The notes: a model not told the origin generated them from the letters alone. Numbered from the stretch's first letter, positions 39,493 through 50,824 are shown. The stretch: 64,000 nucleotides of DNA from Candidatus Thorarchaeota archaeon (GCA_963726195.1 CAVSBO010000003.1:512001-576000), one strand, 5' to 3'. Numbers and translations are program-made.

Positions 39493-41043
39493 ATGAGCGA
39501 CAGTAAACTCCTCTTCGTGCGAGAGAGTTCCGGTCTAGTCAAGGAAGTTAACACAGGCTTTGCCTTGTTGCTTCCTATTGCCTTGACTTTAGGGCCATGG
39601 TTCGCGTACGGTGGTCCACAGATTTCAACGTGGTTCCCGGGCACGACCCTAGTGATAATGTTCGCCTTAGGATCATTCGCTGTGTTCTTTGAGGCGATCG
39701 CACTAATGGTCCTGATGCTCTCAATGCCGAGGTCAGGAGCTTCCTACTACTTTACAGGAAGAGGCCTCTCACCAATCTTCGGTGTTATGGAAGGTTGGCG
39801 AAGCGTAATCACAAACCCTGTCTTCAGAGGAATTGGAAGCTTCCTAGCTGTGGAGGTATTCGCAGGCGGACTCTATGTTATGGGTAGCGCAGCCGGCGAC
39901 GCTGGACTTATAGCTCTTTCAGCTTTCATGTTCCAGCCAGTACCGCTGTTTGCATTCGCTGCAGCAAGCATCTTCATAGGGTTCATCTTTGGTTACCTAA
40001 GCGTCAAGTGGCTAGGTTGGTTTGTGATAATACTGGGCTTAGTGAACATTCTGGCAATCGTGATTTCCGATGTTGCCTTGCTGACTACACCTATAGGAGG
40101 TGCAGCTGGCCAGGCAAACTGGGATGCAGTCTTCGGCGCAGGAAACTACGCTTCCCTCCAAGCACTACACCCTGACGTGTCTGCATGGACGACCTTCAAC
40201 TGGGGTTCAGTTGGACCAGCACTCATCCTCACTGTAGGAATGATGTGGCCCTATTTGATCATGCCAGTTGCCGGTGAGGTTGCACAGCCAAGCAGGAACA
40301 TCCCGCTTAGCAACCTAGGTGGTTGGCTGGGCATTGCTGTATTCTTCATTCTCTCAGGCTATGCACTCGAGAGCAGCATGGGCTCATTCCTCTACCAGAA
40401 CAACCTCGCAGCTACCGGTGTGTTCCCAGGTTGGGGTAACTTCGCCGCAGTTGCAATGAGAGGTGGAGCAGCTGGTTGGTTCGTAATCTTCAGCCCGATC
40501 TATGCAAGCATCCTTGACTCACCAAGCAATGCGCTATGGGTGACAAGGCCATTCCACTCAATGGCTATGGACCGGTTCTGTCCTGAGGTGTTCGCAAGCG
40601 TTCATCCCAAGTACCATGTGCCACACGTCAGCCTGTACTTCTGGCTGATACTCTCGTTGGGCACACTGACCTACGCATCCCTTCTGCAGATCTTCTTCGG
40701 CACTGCCTTGTCTGCACTCGTGGGTGTCGGATACACCTACGTCTTCATCAGATGGCAGATGGCCCTCGCTGCAGTCGGACTGCCGTACTATCGGCCGACC
40801 CTCTGGGAGCGCAGTGGTGCATGGAAGCTCTTTGGCATTCCACTGGTTTCAATCGGTGGTATTGTATCAGGCTCCGTGTTCTTCTGGGCAATAGTCGCCT
40901 ATGTGCCAACATTGCCCTTTGAGGTGGCATTCACAGTCTTCGTTTACCTGTGGGGCCAGCTCATGTACCTGTACTACGGTGCTAAGAACAAGGCCAAGGG
41001 CATTGAGATGTCTGCTATATTCGGACAGCTTCCACCAGAGTAA
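39493..41043 (+). CDS. APC family amino-acid permease
   Basis: LFVRESSGLVKE, MPRSGASY, AGEVAQP, SMAMDR..P..F..VHPKYHVP, ends LPPE; about 12 TM helices. Confidence 0.9.
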   Translation: MSDSKLLFVRESSGLVKEVNTGFALLLPIALTLGPWFAYGGPQISTWFPGTTLVIMFALGSFAVFFEAIALMVLMLSMPRSGASYYFTGRGLSPIFGVMEGWRSVITNPVFRGIGSFLAVEVFAGGLYVMGSAAGDAGLIALSAFMFQPVPLFAFAAASIFIGFIFGYLSVKWLGWFVIILGLVNILAIVISDVALLTTPIGGAAGQANWDAVFGAGNYASLQALHPDVSAWTTFNWGSVGPALILTVGMMWPYLIMPVAGEVAQPSRNIPLSNLGGWLGIAVFFILSGYALESSMGSFLYQNNLAATGVFPGWGNFAAVAMRGGAAGWFVIFSPIYASILDSPSNALWVTRPFHSMAMDRFCPEVFASVHPKYHVPHVSLYFWLILSLGTLTYASLLQIFFGTALSALVGVGYTYVFIRWQMALAAVGLPYYRPTLWERSGAWKLFGIPLVSIGGIVSGSVFFWAIVAYVPTLPFEVAFTVFVYLWGQLMYLYYGAKNKAKGIEMSAIFGQLPPE

Positions 41044-41054
41044 AACTATGGTCA

Positions 41055-41094
41055 AGAAGAGAGCATCGATGCTCTCTTCTCTCCTTTTCTTTTC
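41055..41094 (+). terminator. Perfect 26-nt palindrome plus pyrimidine tract after the APC gene
   Basis: AGAAGAGAGCATCGATGCTCTCTTCT followed by CTCCTTTTCTTTT. Confidence 0.65.
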
Positions 41095-41158
41095 ATACTT
41101 GTTCGCACAAGATAGCAATAGGCCTGACAACGAACCAATGCAGACTACCACATGAAAC

Positions 41159-41960
41159 CTATTCCGGTTCCTCAAAATCATATATAGGCGGGAATCTGTT
41201 TCTGCTGGCCTTGCATCCAAAAGGCTCCAGATTGTCCCAGCTTCTGTGCAAAGATGAAGGAAATGACCAAGGCCTTATCGTCAGGACCTGCTTAACATCG
41301 TCCGAAGATCTGTATGCCTTTAGCGCCTCTAGTGCTCCAGCGAGAATTGCATCGCGGAGTTCCTTCTCCCAGACCTGCTGCCTATAGATGAAGGTATCTT
41401 CAAACCATTGGTAAGAAACCTCAATATCGTCTAAGAAGATGTTGTTGATGATTCGCCAGGGCCAGAATGTTGACATCTGCTCAAGCTGCTCGCTCGCACC
41501 ATAGAAATCGATACCCATCCCCTCCAAACAGAACCAGTAGGTGGGCCCTATTTCCCTGAGCTTCTCGCGTGGTGAGCTCATGGGTGCGTTAGGAGACTTG
41601 TGCAGCCAGTCCGTCCAATCCGTCTTAAAGGTCGACAGGACATTACAGTGATTCACGACATACCTCACGACTGCAGCCGTACCATGATGAGCAAGGCCCG
41701 GGGTGAGGGGCGCGCCAATGTACCTCTCCGCGAGTTCCTTGACTATGTCCACATCCTCCGACGGAAAATAGGACCAAATCTGAAAATCAGCCTGGCGTTC
41801 AATCATTAAGTACACGAATAGCATGCCAGCTTGTCCAATCACATGGTAGTCAGGAGGAAGTTCCTCATCCGCCGGCCAGGACTTCTCATCCTTGCAGATA
41901 TTGACCTTGCAGCAGTCATATGACACCACCTCAGGCCACTTAAGTTCAAACGACACCTTG
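41159..41960 (-). CDS. Hypothetical protein (start uncertain)
   Basis: Long aromatic-rich ORF with no recognisable motif. Confidence 0.5.
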
Positions 41961-42265
41961 ATACGAGCGCGTCTTTCTCTCTCGTGGCAGGACAAACCTA
42001 GCGCCACCGGAACCCAGCATCAGCTGGGCAGGCGACTTGCTGTACGGGTCGTTGCCTTCGTACTCAAAGCCACTCAGCTGCAAATCCCTATACAATTTCC
42101 TTTTGTCATCGCTCTGCAATCGCATTACCTTCAAAGAGCCAAAGACGCTGTTTCGCAGATTGCCCAACCAGGTGTACTCTTAAACGAAACGGTTGGTCAT
42201 ATCCCAAGAAACATAAACGTTAACTGTGCATCGCGGCGACAAGATTTCCCAGAGGACTGAACACA

Positions 42266-42965
42266 ATGAGCCAAGCACCTAAGAGCAGAAAGGAGCCTCC
42301 GGCCCCGGACCTGGAGAGCTTCGAGTTCGATCCCGCCGGACTAGACATGAAGTGGAGCAAGAACCTGATCAGCGTATTCGATGGCTATCGCATTCACAGG
42401 TGCTATGATCTCGCCTTCATCGAAAAGGCCATTGGACGCGGCGACGTTCCGAAGAGTTTCATAAAGCAATGGGGAACAATCCGGCCCCTCCTGCACAAAC
42501 TCGCCGCGGTCGGACCGAAGGTTCCAGGGAGTACAGAAGCTCATGACTCGTAGGCAGACTGTGAATCTGCTTTCGACCGTTCTCCTGACGATTGCATTTC
42601 CTCTGGTTGTGCTTGTCTGGGTATTCCACGTTGAATTCCTCTCATGGTTCACGACTCCTTTCACCGTAATTACCCTTCTTCTCTTTTTGGGAGCATTCAT
42701 TACTAGTGCATGGTACAACCGAAAAGTGGCATGGGTCATCTACCACTACATTGAGGAGAACGGGTCAATGTTCGATACAGAATGCGGATATCTCAAGAAA
42801 TGGGTCCAGACTCTCATATTCTATCTATCGAGGACTATGCGCAGAGACCAGCTCAAGGCCGAAAAGAACCTAGTGAAGTTTTGGAATACTGACTATGATG
42901 GGATAGAGGTTTTCAAAAGCCCGAACTGGTTCAGAAAGAACTACGTCGTCCAACTCAAGGACTAG
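42266..42965 (+). CDS. Hypothetical 2-TM membrane protein (frameshift near 42530)
   Basis: Removing one base joins ..GPKVPG/VQKLMTRRQ into a single ORF. Confidence 0.6.
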
Positions 42966-43062
42966 ATACAATCATCACGCTAGGTTGGCGGGAAAAACTC
43001 CCGCCTTCTAGCACAAAAAAGTTTCCACGTAGAGCCCGTTGTGTTCGTGGCCCTCAGTGTTT

Positions 43063-44178
43063 CTACACAAGGCTCTCGATTGGTTTGTATGGTAAGTCAA
43101 AACCAAAGTGCTTCGGTCCAAGCACCTCAAGCCCTTTGGGCTCCCTGAAGACCGGAACACCCTTCATTCCAATCACTGTAACGTTACGTCCGTTGTCCAG
43201 ATCAGTATTCGTAATTGGTTCGCCAGTCTTTGAGTCAATGACCTCGATTATGTCGGGGCTGGTGACCCAAGGCTTGTCATCAAGCCAAGATACATGGTTT
43301 TCATTCTTGAAGAAGATTCTCATCTTGCTGCCGGGCTTCAGTCCGCTGCCCTTTATCGTGGTTTCGCCCCACATGTATCCTTCTCTGTTCTCCCACTTCT
43401 TGGCAATGACTTGGCCCTTGAACAGGATCCAGCCGCCCACGCTTTCCACTATTTTCGCTGCGGCATCATCACCGGACTGTTTGCTCTCCCGGATGATTTT
43501 TCCAACCTTGTAGCTCTTACTCAGAGTTCCTGGGATAATTGCGCGACGGAAATCAGATCCCTTCACGGGGAAAGCGACATTGCCCACGCGTCCCCAAGCC
43601 ACCTCGCTCAAGGCTTTCGATATGCGTTCGCCCATCTCATAGTTGATGATCTTCGTGATTATGCTCGTGTTGCCGTACCAATCAATCAGGGCCAAAGGAG
43701 CCATCGAGTAACCAAGCACACAGACAGTATTCTGACAAATCTCTGGGACTGCACGGCCAGAGTAGTCTCCGTCAACACAAGGCACGCCATGCTTTACAGC
43801 GGCGTCGATAGGTGCGGGCGTGTTGACTCCACCTAGTTCGAAAGGTGCCACAGCAGTGAACTTCACACCCATGTGCTTCTCAAGAATATCGAGCCCCTGT
43901 GCAAGCTCCTTCTCGAATGACGACCAAGGAAACCTCTTTCTAGTCTTCTCAATTTCGGGAGTGGGCGGTGCAATCGTGCCTGAGTAATAGGCGCATGCAA
44001 CCCAGTCATTGTCCTTTACCTTCGCCGTGTCGACAATCTCGATTTTCTTTCCCGCGTCGACGTGAGGATAAAGCATGTCCAGGCCGATTTGCCTTGTGCC
44101 TCCGCCGCCAGTGCCAAAGAATGAACATCCGGCGGTGAGATCTTCAACGTCAGTTCTTGATTTGAGTATCAACGCCAT
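43063..44178 (-). CDS. DUF917 (S-methyl-thiohydantoin desulfurase-like) protein
   Basis: GTGGGG, FELGGVN, DGDYSGRAVPE, FKNEN, SPDII. Confidence 0.88.
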   Translation of the reverse strand: MALILKSRTDVEDLTAGCSFFGTGGGGTRQIGLDMLYPHVDAGKKIEIVDTAKVKDNDWVACAYYSGTIAPPTPEIEKTRKRFPWSSFEKELAQGLDILEKHMGVKFTAVAPFELGGVNTPAPIDAAVKHGVPCVDGDYSGRAVPEICQNTVCVLGYSMAPLALIDWYGNTSIITKIINYEMGERISKALSEVAWGRVGNVAFPVKGSDFRRAIIPGTLSKSYKVGKIIRESKQSGDDAAAKIVESVGGWILFKGQVIAKKWENREGYMWGETTIKGSGLKPGSKMRIFFKNENHVSWLDDKPWVTSPDIIEVIDSKTGEPITNTDLDNGRNVTVIGMKGVPVFREPKGLEVLGPKHFGFDLPYKPIESLV

Positions 44179-44362
44179 GATTAAACACCTTTAAGCTGGT
44201 TGGATGAAGTTTAAACAGCGGCCTCTATATATTCTCGATGGAGGGTGTTGTGGAACCGGACGTTCAGGCTGATGGCGTCACGTCACTTGTTCACTGACTT
44301 CTGCAAATCACTTTCAAAAGAAGAAGGGGGAGTGCACAGGCACTTCCCAGATTCAATTCTCC

Positions 44363-45322
44363 CTAGAGTTCAACACGACCGGCTGAAGCCTTTCCACCGT
44401 CGATGTTTATGATCATGCCCTTGAGAATTCCCTCTCTGTACTCGGAGCCAGGATTCACACAGAGGGTCCTTCCTATATTCCTGAAACCCACAGATTCATG
44501 GATGTGACCGAACATTCCAACAAGAGGCTGGTACTTCTCGATGCATGCTCGAACAGACTTGCTGCCGACAGGTCCTACAAGTTCCATTGCTCCTGCTTTC
44601 GTAACGGCCTGTTGCGTTGCTCCTGTTTTTGAGACAACGTTCCTGAGCGTAGGTGCAGTGTCCAATCCTGAGTCAAATGGTGGGTCATGAAAGTTGCACA
44701 AGAGGTTCGTATAGTCGCTGACTCGCGCGAATTCTTCCTCTAGTTTGCCCATCAACTGATCATCAGGACACTCCCTGTAGGTCGACCAAGGTGTCTTACT
44801 CACCCATTCCATGCTGATCAGGGGGTATCCGTGAACATCTACTACCCTCTTCAGCGGATATATGATTCTTGGATGATTCTTGATGACTTCATCAATTACG
44901 AAATCATCATCGTTGCCCGGGTTCACTATGATATCAACATTCTTCGAGATCTTCTCTGTGGCCATGTCAAGCCACTCAGCAATCCGTTCCCTCATCAGCT
45001 TCGCGAAGATCTCTTTTACCAAGCTCTCGCTCGCTCTCATCTCTGCGAGCTCATCAGGGGTAATGACGTATGGATAGAACCCTTCGTCCTTCGTAAACTT
45101 GACGAAGTGGTCCAAATCGCTCTGTTTCTTGAAGGTCTTCTTGCTCCCGTAAGGAGTCGCATACCACTGGCCTTCCTTCTCCTTGATAATCGGCAGTATG
45201 GCCTTGCCCGTCAGGTCGCCGCACATCATTGCCACGTCAGCCTTGAAGACATCGGGGGCTCTACACATACCTTCCCACGTCTTTTGGCTTCCGTGAGCGT
45301 CTGCTGCTAGGAAGATTCTCAA
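44363..45322 (-). CDS. Calcineurin-like metallophosphoesterase
   Basis: DAHG, GDLTGK, PGNDD, HDPP, GHIHE, NPGSEY. Confidence 0.9.
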   Translation of the reverse strand: MRIFLAADAHGSQKTWEGMCRAPDVFKADVAMMCGDLTGKAILPIIKEKEGQWYATPYGSKKTFKKQSDLDHFVKFTKDEGFYPYVITPDELAEMRASESLVKEIFAKLMRERIAEWLDMATEKISKNVDIIVNPGNDDDFVIDEVIKNHPRIIYPLKRVVDVHGYPLISMEWVSKTPWSTYRECPDDQLMGKLEEEFARVSDYTNLLCNFHDPPFDSGLDTAPTLRNVVSKTGATQQAVTKAGAMELVGPVGSKSVRACIEKYQPLVGMFGHIHESVGFRNIGRTLCVNPGSEYREGILKGMIINIDGGKASAGRVEL

Positions 45323-45618
45323 TCATACTTCACCTGTTTGTTATGCGCCATCTGTTCATGAACGCGTTAAGCTCTTGCGCCTGACGGGGTTTAAGAGCTT
45401 GGCGGTGTAGCTTAAGATGGCAGGGCGAGATGTTGACACCGTGGGTTCCGTAGCAATCCTTGAAGACAGCCCGACTCACAAGTCCCCGTTGCGGAGCCTC
45501 AAAACTCGCCCTACCTCCCTTCTCTGCGTGTCGCAGTATTGACCTAAAGATATTAAAGACATATTCGACACGCGGCGATAAAGTCCTTTGTGACAGTTGA
45601 CATAGGTGAGGAACCCGA

Positions 45619-46440
45619 ATGCCGGGAAAATACGGTGAAATAATCGATGACCTCGTGCAGGAAGCCCTAAGGATACATGACGCGGCTGAGCAGATTGGCT
45701 TGCCACTTCGAATTATGGGATGTATTGCTTATCGAATCAAGTCGCCACAATATGTTCAGTTGCATGAGGCAATGGGCCGAGAGATTACGGACATTGATTT
45801 TATCGGCTACTACAAGAATCAGCACAAGATAATCAATCTCTTCCGAGACGACTTGGGATATCAGTACGTAATGCCGGGATTCATCCGGGCCACAATGATG
45901 CGCGAACTGTTCACCAATCCCAAGACAGGCGGCCATGTAGACGTATTCTACGATGTGCTTGATTTCTGCCATAAAATCGAATTCAAGAAGTCTGACCGTC
46001 TGTCCAAGGATAATCCCACCATAACACTCGGCGACCTCTTCTTAGAGAAAACCCAGATAGTTGAGATCAATGCGAAGGACCTCAAGGACTTGGTAATCTT
46101 GTTCCTCGCGAATGACATCAGCGATACCGATGATGATACAAAGATCAACGGTTCGTATATTACTAACATAATGAGTGATGATTGGGGATTCTACTACACT
46201 TGTACAACAAACCTCAAGAAACTGCTCGACTTCGTGCCCACCGTTAATGTACTATCCCAAGCGCAAAGACAGTTGGTCGTGTCACGCTCTCAGAAGCTTC
46301 TAGACATGATTGAAGCTGTTCCAAAGACTGGCGCTTGGAAGAGAAGAGCAACAGTTGGCACTTCCAAACGTTGGTACCAAGTGGTGCACGACATTGGCGG
46401 TAGGATCGACTCAGAGAGCAAGACAATGAAAGGCCATTGA
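45619..46440 (+). CDS. Nucleotidyltransferase-fold protein of unknown function
   Basis: LRIMGCIAY, DIDF (DxD), VDVF third Asp, EKTQIV..KD..D. Confidence 0.65.
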   Translation: MPGKYGEIIDDLVQEALRIHDAAEQIGLPLRIMGCIAYRIKSPQYVQLHEAMGREITDIDFIGYYKNQHKIINLFRDDLGYQYVMPGFIRATMMRELFTNPKTGGHVDVFYDVLDFCHKIEFKKSDRLSKDNPTITLGDLFLEKTQIVEINAKDLKDLVILFLANDISDTDDDTKINGSYITNIMSDDWGFYYTCTTNLKKLLDFVPTVNVLSQAQRQLVVSRSQKLLDMIEAVPKTGAWKRRATVGTSKRWYQVVHDIGGRIDSESKTMKGH

Positions 46441-46451
46441 GAGAGACGACT

Positions 46452-47570
46452 ATGAAGCTTACAAAACAAAACGCATATGACATGCTCACCGGCGTAGGCA
46501 TACTGGGCACTGGCGGGGGTGGCGACCCCGTCGGATTCGGGAAGCCACTAGTGGATTGGGACTACAACAAAGGCAGGGTCTACGAAATAACGGATCCTAA
46601 GGACATCAGAGATGATGCCTTCATTGTTTGCGGTGGATACATGGGGTCCGTGAAGGCCTTCACATCCGTAGGCGACATGCTGGAGAAGTGGGAGAAGCGA
46701 TTCGAGCTCTTTGAAGTCACGAAGATAACCGAGAAACTGACCGGCAAGAAGGTCAATCACGTTGTGCCCTTCGAACTCGGCGGCCTCAACACAACTGTTA
46801 TGCTCTCGCTGGCAGCCCGAGCCAAGATCACCTCGGTGGATGGTGATGGTCTTGGAAGGTCCGCTCCCGAGACACAAATGATCTCGTTCGTCGGTTATGG
46901 TATCTCTCTTTGTCCCATGCCAGTCGTGACAAAGGGCGGAAGCGTCGTAATAGTGCAAGAAGCCAGCATACCTGCTCTTGCAGATGAGATTGGCCGTTTT
47001 GCCGTTGTACAAGACGGAGGCGCTGGTGCGAACAATCATTACTACCAGTCGGGCGCACAGCTCAAGAAGAGCGTCGTGGCAAACAGCATCTCAAAATCGA
47101 TCCGACTGGGAGAAGCTATTCGCGATGCTAATACAAACCGCAAGAACCCCATCGACGCCTTCCTAGATATAATGGGCGGTCGCGTCCTAACAACAGGCAC
47201 GATTAAGGAAGTGAAAGGTGAAGATCGTGCTGGACACTTGCATGAGCTCGTTACTATCAAGCCTGAGGACATCAAGGGCAAGTTCCAGATTGTGGTGAAG
47301 AACGAGTACATGATGGCCATGTGCGATGATAAGCCAGTCGTCATGTTCCCGGACTTGGTTTGCATGCACGACCCTAAGACGGGCCACGGCATAATGAGTT
47401 CCGACCTTAAGGAAGGGCTCAGAGTCACGGTTACTGCTCTGCCTGCACCTGAGAGAGTTCGTTACGCTGGAAACACCGAAATCGGGCGCAAAGCCTTTGG
47501 TCCGGAGAGATATGCTCATCCAGAGCTTCAGTACAAGCCAATGGAAGAGATAATCAAGAACCTTCACTAG
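46452..47570 (+). CDS. DUF917 (S-methyl-thiohydantoin desulfurase-like) protein
   Basis: GTGGGG, FELGGLN, DGDGLGRSAPE, KNEY, FPDL. Confidence 0.88.
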   Translation: MKLTKQNAYDMLTGVGILGTGGGGDPVGFGKPLVDWDYNKGRVYEITDPKDIRDDAFIVCGGYMGSVKAFTSVGDMLEKWEKRFELFEVTKITEKLTGKKVNHVVPFELGGLNTTVMLSLAARAKITSVDGDGLGRSAPETQMISFVGYGISLCPMPVVTKGGSVVIVQEASIPALADEIGRFAVVQDGGAGANNHYYQSGAQLKKSVVANSISKSIRLGEAIRDANTNRKNPIDAFLDIMGGRVLTTGTIKEVKGEDRAGHLHELVTIKPEDIKGKFQIVVKNEYMMAMCDDKPVVMFPDLVCMHDPKTGHGIMSSDLKEGLRVTVTALPAPERVRYAGNTEIGRKAFGPERYAHPELQYKPMEEIIKNLH

Positions 47571-47626
47571 GAATAGCTTGGCGAAAACCAGAAGGGTACC
47601 TTCGATTCGGCGGCTACGGTGAGTGA

Positions 47627-48397
47627 TTGAACTTGAAACGAATTGCTCTCATTGGTGTGACTGGCATCGACTGGTGGGTTGACCCTAAGAAGAAGAACTT
47701 CGTCCGTGCGGTCACCCCTCCAGGCTTTGTCATTGAGAATCTTCATGCCAGATATGGGACTCACAGTGTTGAGTCGCACTCTGATGAGGCCTACAATGCT
47801 CCTTTCATACTGGAACAGGTCGTCAAGGCGAACAAGGATGGTATGGATGTCATCGTGATTGACTGCGCCTGCGATCCAGTCTTGGAGGCAGCGAGAGAGG
47901 TCTCCAGTATACCTGTCGTTGGTGTAAGGAACACTGCTCTTCATCTGGCTCTCACACTTGGAACCAAGTTCGGAGTGATTACTGTCCAAGGGCAATCATT
48001 AGTCAGGTGCATGGAATGGGGGGTTCGCAAGGAGGGCCTAGAGAGCTTCTGCACAGGTGTCAGATGTCTAAGAATGCCAGTTCTTGAGATCGCCAAGAGG
48101 CCTGATGAAGCCCAGAGAGAACTCCTAGAGGAATGCCGAAAGGCTGTTTCGGAGGATGGAGCCGACGTGATCGTGCTGGGATGCACGGGACTTTCACACG
48201 AGATTGACCTCAAGCCGATAATGAATGAAATGGGTGTGCCCGTAATCGATCCTTTTGTTGTGGCCGTGAGAACTGCTGCCATGCTCGTAGACGCGGGTCT
48301 CAGTCACAGCAAGGTGGCCTATCCATTTCCACCTAAGAAACCAATTGTCGAAGACCCGAGCATCAAGGGAGCATTCGACAAAGTGCTCAAGGACTGA
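47627..48397 (+). CDS. Hydantoin/allantoin racemase (Asp/Glu racemase superfamily)
   Basis: IDCACDP, VLGCTG, GVPVIDP, SHSKVAYP. Confidence 0.88.
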   Translation: MNLKRIALIGVTGIDWWVDPKKKNFVRAVTPPGFVIENLHARYGTHSVESHSDEAYNAPFILEQVVKANKDGMDVIVIDCACDPVLEAAREVSSIPVVGVRNTALHLALTLGTKFGVITVQGQSLVRCMEWGVRKEGLESFCTGVRCLRMPVLEIAKRPDEAQRELLEECRKAVSEDGADVIVLGCTGLSHEIDLKPIMNEMGVPVIDPFVVAVRTAAMLVDAGLSHSKVAYPFPPKKPIVEDPSIKGAFDKVLKD

Positions 48398-48414
48398 ATC
48401 ACAGGCCAAGGGAC

Positions 48415-49665
48415 CTATTGTCTTCTTGAAGCTCTGAGCGCAGCTGCAACTAGAATGACAGTAATGATGCCGTATATCAGTGAAAGCCGGTATGGGAGCG
48501 TGAAACCAAACCCGGCAACCCAGCCGCCAGCCATGGGCCCTGCAAAGAAACCTACTCCTGCGAGACTCTCAACAATCCCGGCATGTGCGCCTTTCTCCTC
48601 ATCGCTCGCGGAGACCACGATGTAGAGAGCGCCCAAATAGCTGAAACCTGCTCCTATGCCGCAGAGCACCATCGCAATCATGAGAGATGTCAAGTCCGTC
48701 AAGAACGAAATCGGGAACATCGACGCTGTGATGAAAACAGTTCCTGCTATGATCGCACGGCCCATCCATTTGTGTGGAAACTTGGAACAGGCTAGAAACG
48801 CAAGGGTCCTGGTCACATTCCAAACAACGAGGAGGTTGCCAAAGGTCTGGGGACCATATCCCGGAAGCCCCTGAATGTATGTTGGAAACAGCGAGAGTAT
48901 CACCGTGGAGACGAATCCAAACAGGGCAAGAGAGAGATAGCTCGCGACGAAACGAGTGCTCGTTCTCAGACTCCTGTGCCCTCCTATATTACCCGAATCC
49001 GGACCGGAATCCAACCGCGATTCGGATTTCGCGGCCGTCACAGGGGTAGTCTTTGTCAGCCGATAGTCTTTCACGGCGAAGCCTATCAAACCCAAAGTAA
49101 CGATCTCGATTGCCAGAGCGACGTAGATGCTTGTTACGCTACCGAAGTTGGTAGCCATGTAGGCAAGGACGAATGGACTCATAATCATCCCGGCACTCCA
49201 CGAAGTGGAGAAGTTGCCAAGCACAGCTGCTTGACTTCCGGGACACAGCTCAGCTACCATTGCTTCTACTGTCGGATTGAACAGCCCAAAGAACAGACCC
49301 TCCAACGCTCGTATTAGAATCAAATGCAGGGGAATGATGAAAGGCTGCGGGTAGAGCAACAGCAGACAAATGTACGCGCCAGTCGCAATCATTAGGGACT
49401 TCTTTCTCCCGATTCGGTCGGAAATCTTGCCGCCTATTGCAGGAGAGAACATGTACACAATCCCGAAGGAGCCCATTGCCAAACCCATTTCAAAAGGTGT
49501 GGCCCCCAGTTTCCCAGCGTACCAAGAAGCGAAAATCTCTGTTATCCCAAGTGAGAACGTGGACAGGAAGGTCGCTGAGTATGCTACTATTCTGACATGT
49601 CTCTTCCGTGGTTCTGAGAGACACTCAGCCAATGTCCGGCCTTCAGTCTGTGTTCCTGCTGTCAT
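48415..49665 (-). CDS. MFS transporter
   Basis: GKISDRIGRK motif A; about 12 TM helices. Confidence 0.9.
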   Translation of the reverse strand: MTAGTQTEGRTLAECLSEPRKRHVRIVAYSATFLSTFSLGITEIFASWYAGKLGATPFEMGLAMGSFGIVYMFSPAIGGKISDRIGRKKSLMIATGAYICLLLLYPQPFIIPLHLILIRALEGLFFGLFNPTVEAMVAELCPGSQAAVLGNFSTSWSAGMIMSPFVLAYMATNFGSVTSIYVALAIEIVTLGLIGFAVKDYRLTKTTPVTAAKSESRLDSGPDSGNIGGHRSLRTSTRFVASYLSLALFGFVSTVILSLFPTYIQGLPGYGPQTFGNLLVVWNVTRTLAFLACSKFPHKWMGRAIIAGTVFITASMFPISFLTDLTSLMIAMVLCGIGAGFSYLGALYIVVSASDEEKGAHAGIVESLAGVGFFAGPMAGGWVAGFGFTLPYRLSLIYGIITVILVAAALRASRRQ

Positions 49666-49714
49666 TTGCGGTCACCCTATCTCAGAGGCATCGCTATGTG
49701 AGGGAGTGAGTTGT

Positions 49715-50722
49715 TTACCGAAGGTGAGGAATCACGTTTTTGGACAGGACCTTCATGGTCTGCTGCAAATCAACGCCAGGCATTGGAAAGAGAACAGGCG
49801 TATTCGCTCCTGCGTCTATGAATTGCCTGAGGTACTTGATGCACGATTCAGCATCACCAACGACTCCCAATGTCTGCACCATTTTGTCTGTAATCATGCT
49901 CGCCACATCTCCTCCTTCAGTGGCCGCTTTCATCATGGCTTTGGTAAGATCAGCTGGGACACCAGCATGCTCCATGAGGGGTCCACCAGGTTGAGAGTGT
50001 GGCAGATAGAGTTTCATTAGGTTCCGGGCAAGTCTTATCGCTTTGTCAACATCATCATCAATTGCCATGGGAATGTAGGAAACCATCTCGAAGCTATCGA
50101 GATTCTTGCCAGCCTTCTTAGCACCCTCCTTCACCCGATCCCACGCGAATTTGATGTATGATGGCGTGTTGAATATCGATAGGATGGCACCATCACCAAT
50201 TTCGCCTGCAAGCTCGAGGCCCATCTTACCCTCGAAAGCCAGATAGATTGGAATGGACTTGCGTACTGGATCGAAAATCAGCTTGACGTCTTTGGTCTTG
50301 AAGAACTCTCCTTCATGCGTGACATTCTGACCAGTCATGATCTTGCGAACGAGTTCGATGCATTCCCTAGTTCGTGACAAGGGTTTGTCAACGGTGTATC
50401 CCATCTGTGACATCCAGTAGGGAACACCTGCGCCGAGACCGAATACTAATCGCTTGTTCGCCATCTCATCAAGCGCTCCAAACTCCATTGCAATTAGCGC
50501 AGGATGACGGGAGTAAGGATTGATCACTCCTAGTCCTATTCTGATACGCTCTGTTGCCATGCTAGCCGCTGCAATGTAGGGTATTCCGCCCCTGAAGAAG
50601 TAGTCCTCAGCGAACCATGCAGAACCGAGTCCAGCCTTCTCAGCGCCTTTTGCTAACGTGACAGCTTCTTTGACAGGAAACACACCTGTCATTGCGACAC
50701 CAAATTCCTTGAATCCTTTCAT
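49715..50722 (-). CDS. LLM-class (Mer-like, probably F420-dependent) oxidoreductase
   Basis: WFAEDY, IGLGVINPYSRHP, GLGAG, LAGEIGDG. Confidence 0.85.
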   Translation of the reverse strand: MKGFKEFGVAMTGVFPVKEAVTLAKGAEKAGLGSAWFAEDYFFRGGIPYIAAASMATERIRIGLGVINPYSRHPALIAMEFGALDEMANKRLVFGLGAGVPYWMSQMGYTVDKPLSRTRECIELVRKIMTGQNVTHEGEFFKTKDVKLIFDPVRKSIPIYLAFEGKMGLELAGEIGDGAILSIFNTPSYIKFAWDRVKEGAKKAGKNLDSFEMVSYIPMAIDDDVDKAIRLARNLMKLYLPHSQPGGPLMEHAGVPADLTKAMMKAATEGGDVASMITDKMVQTLGVVGDAESCIKYLRQFIDAGANTPVLFPMPGVDLQQTMKVLSKNVIPHLR

Positions 50723-50824
50723 GTCAGAAACACACCAACCGCGATTTGTAGCCTGAATAAATGAGTTACTAAACGACACAAATGCTCGCTTTGAACAAAA
50801 GAGAAGAGGAGGGAAGTAATCCCT

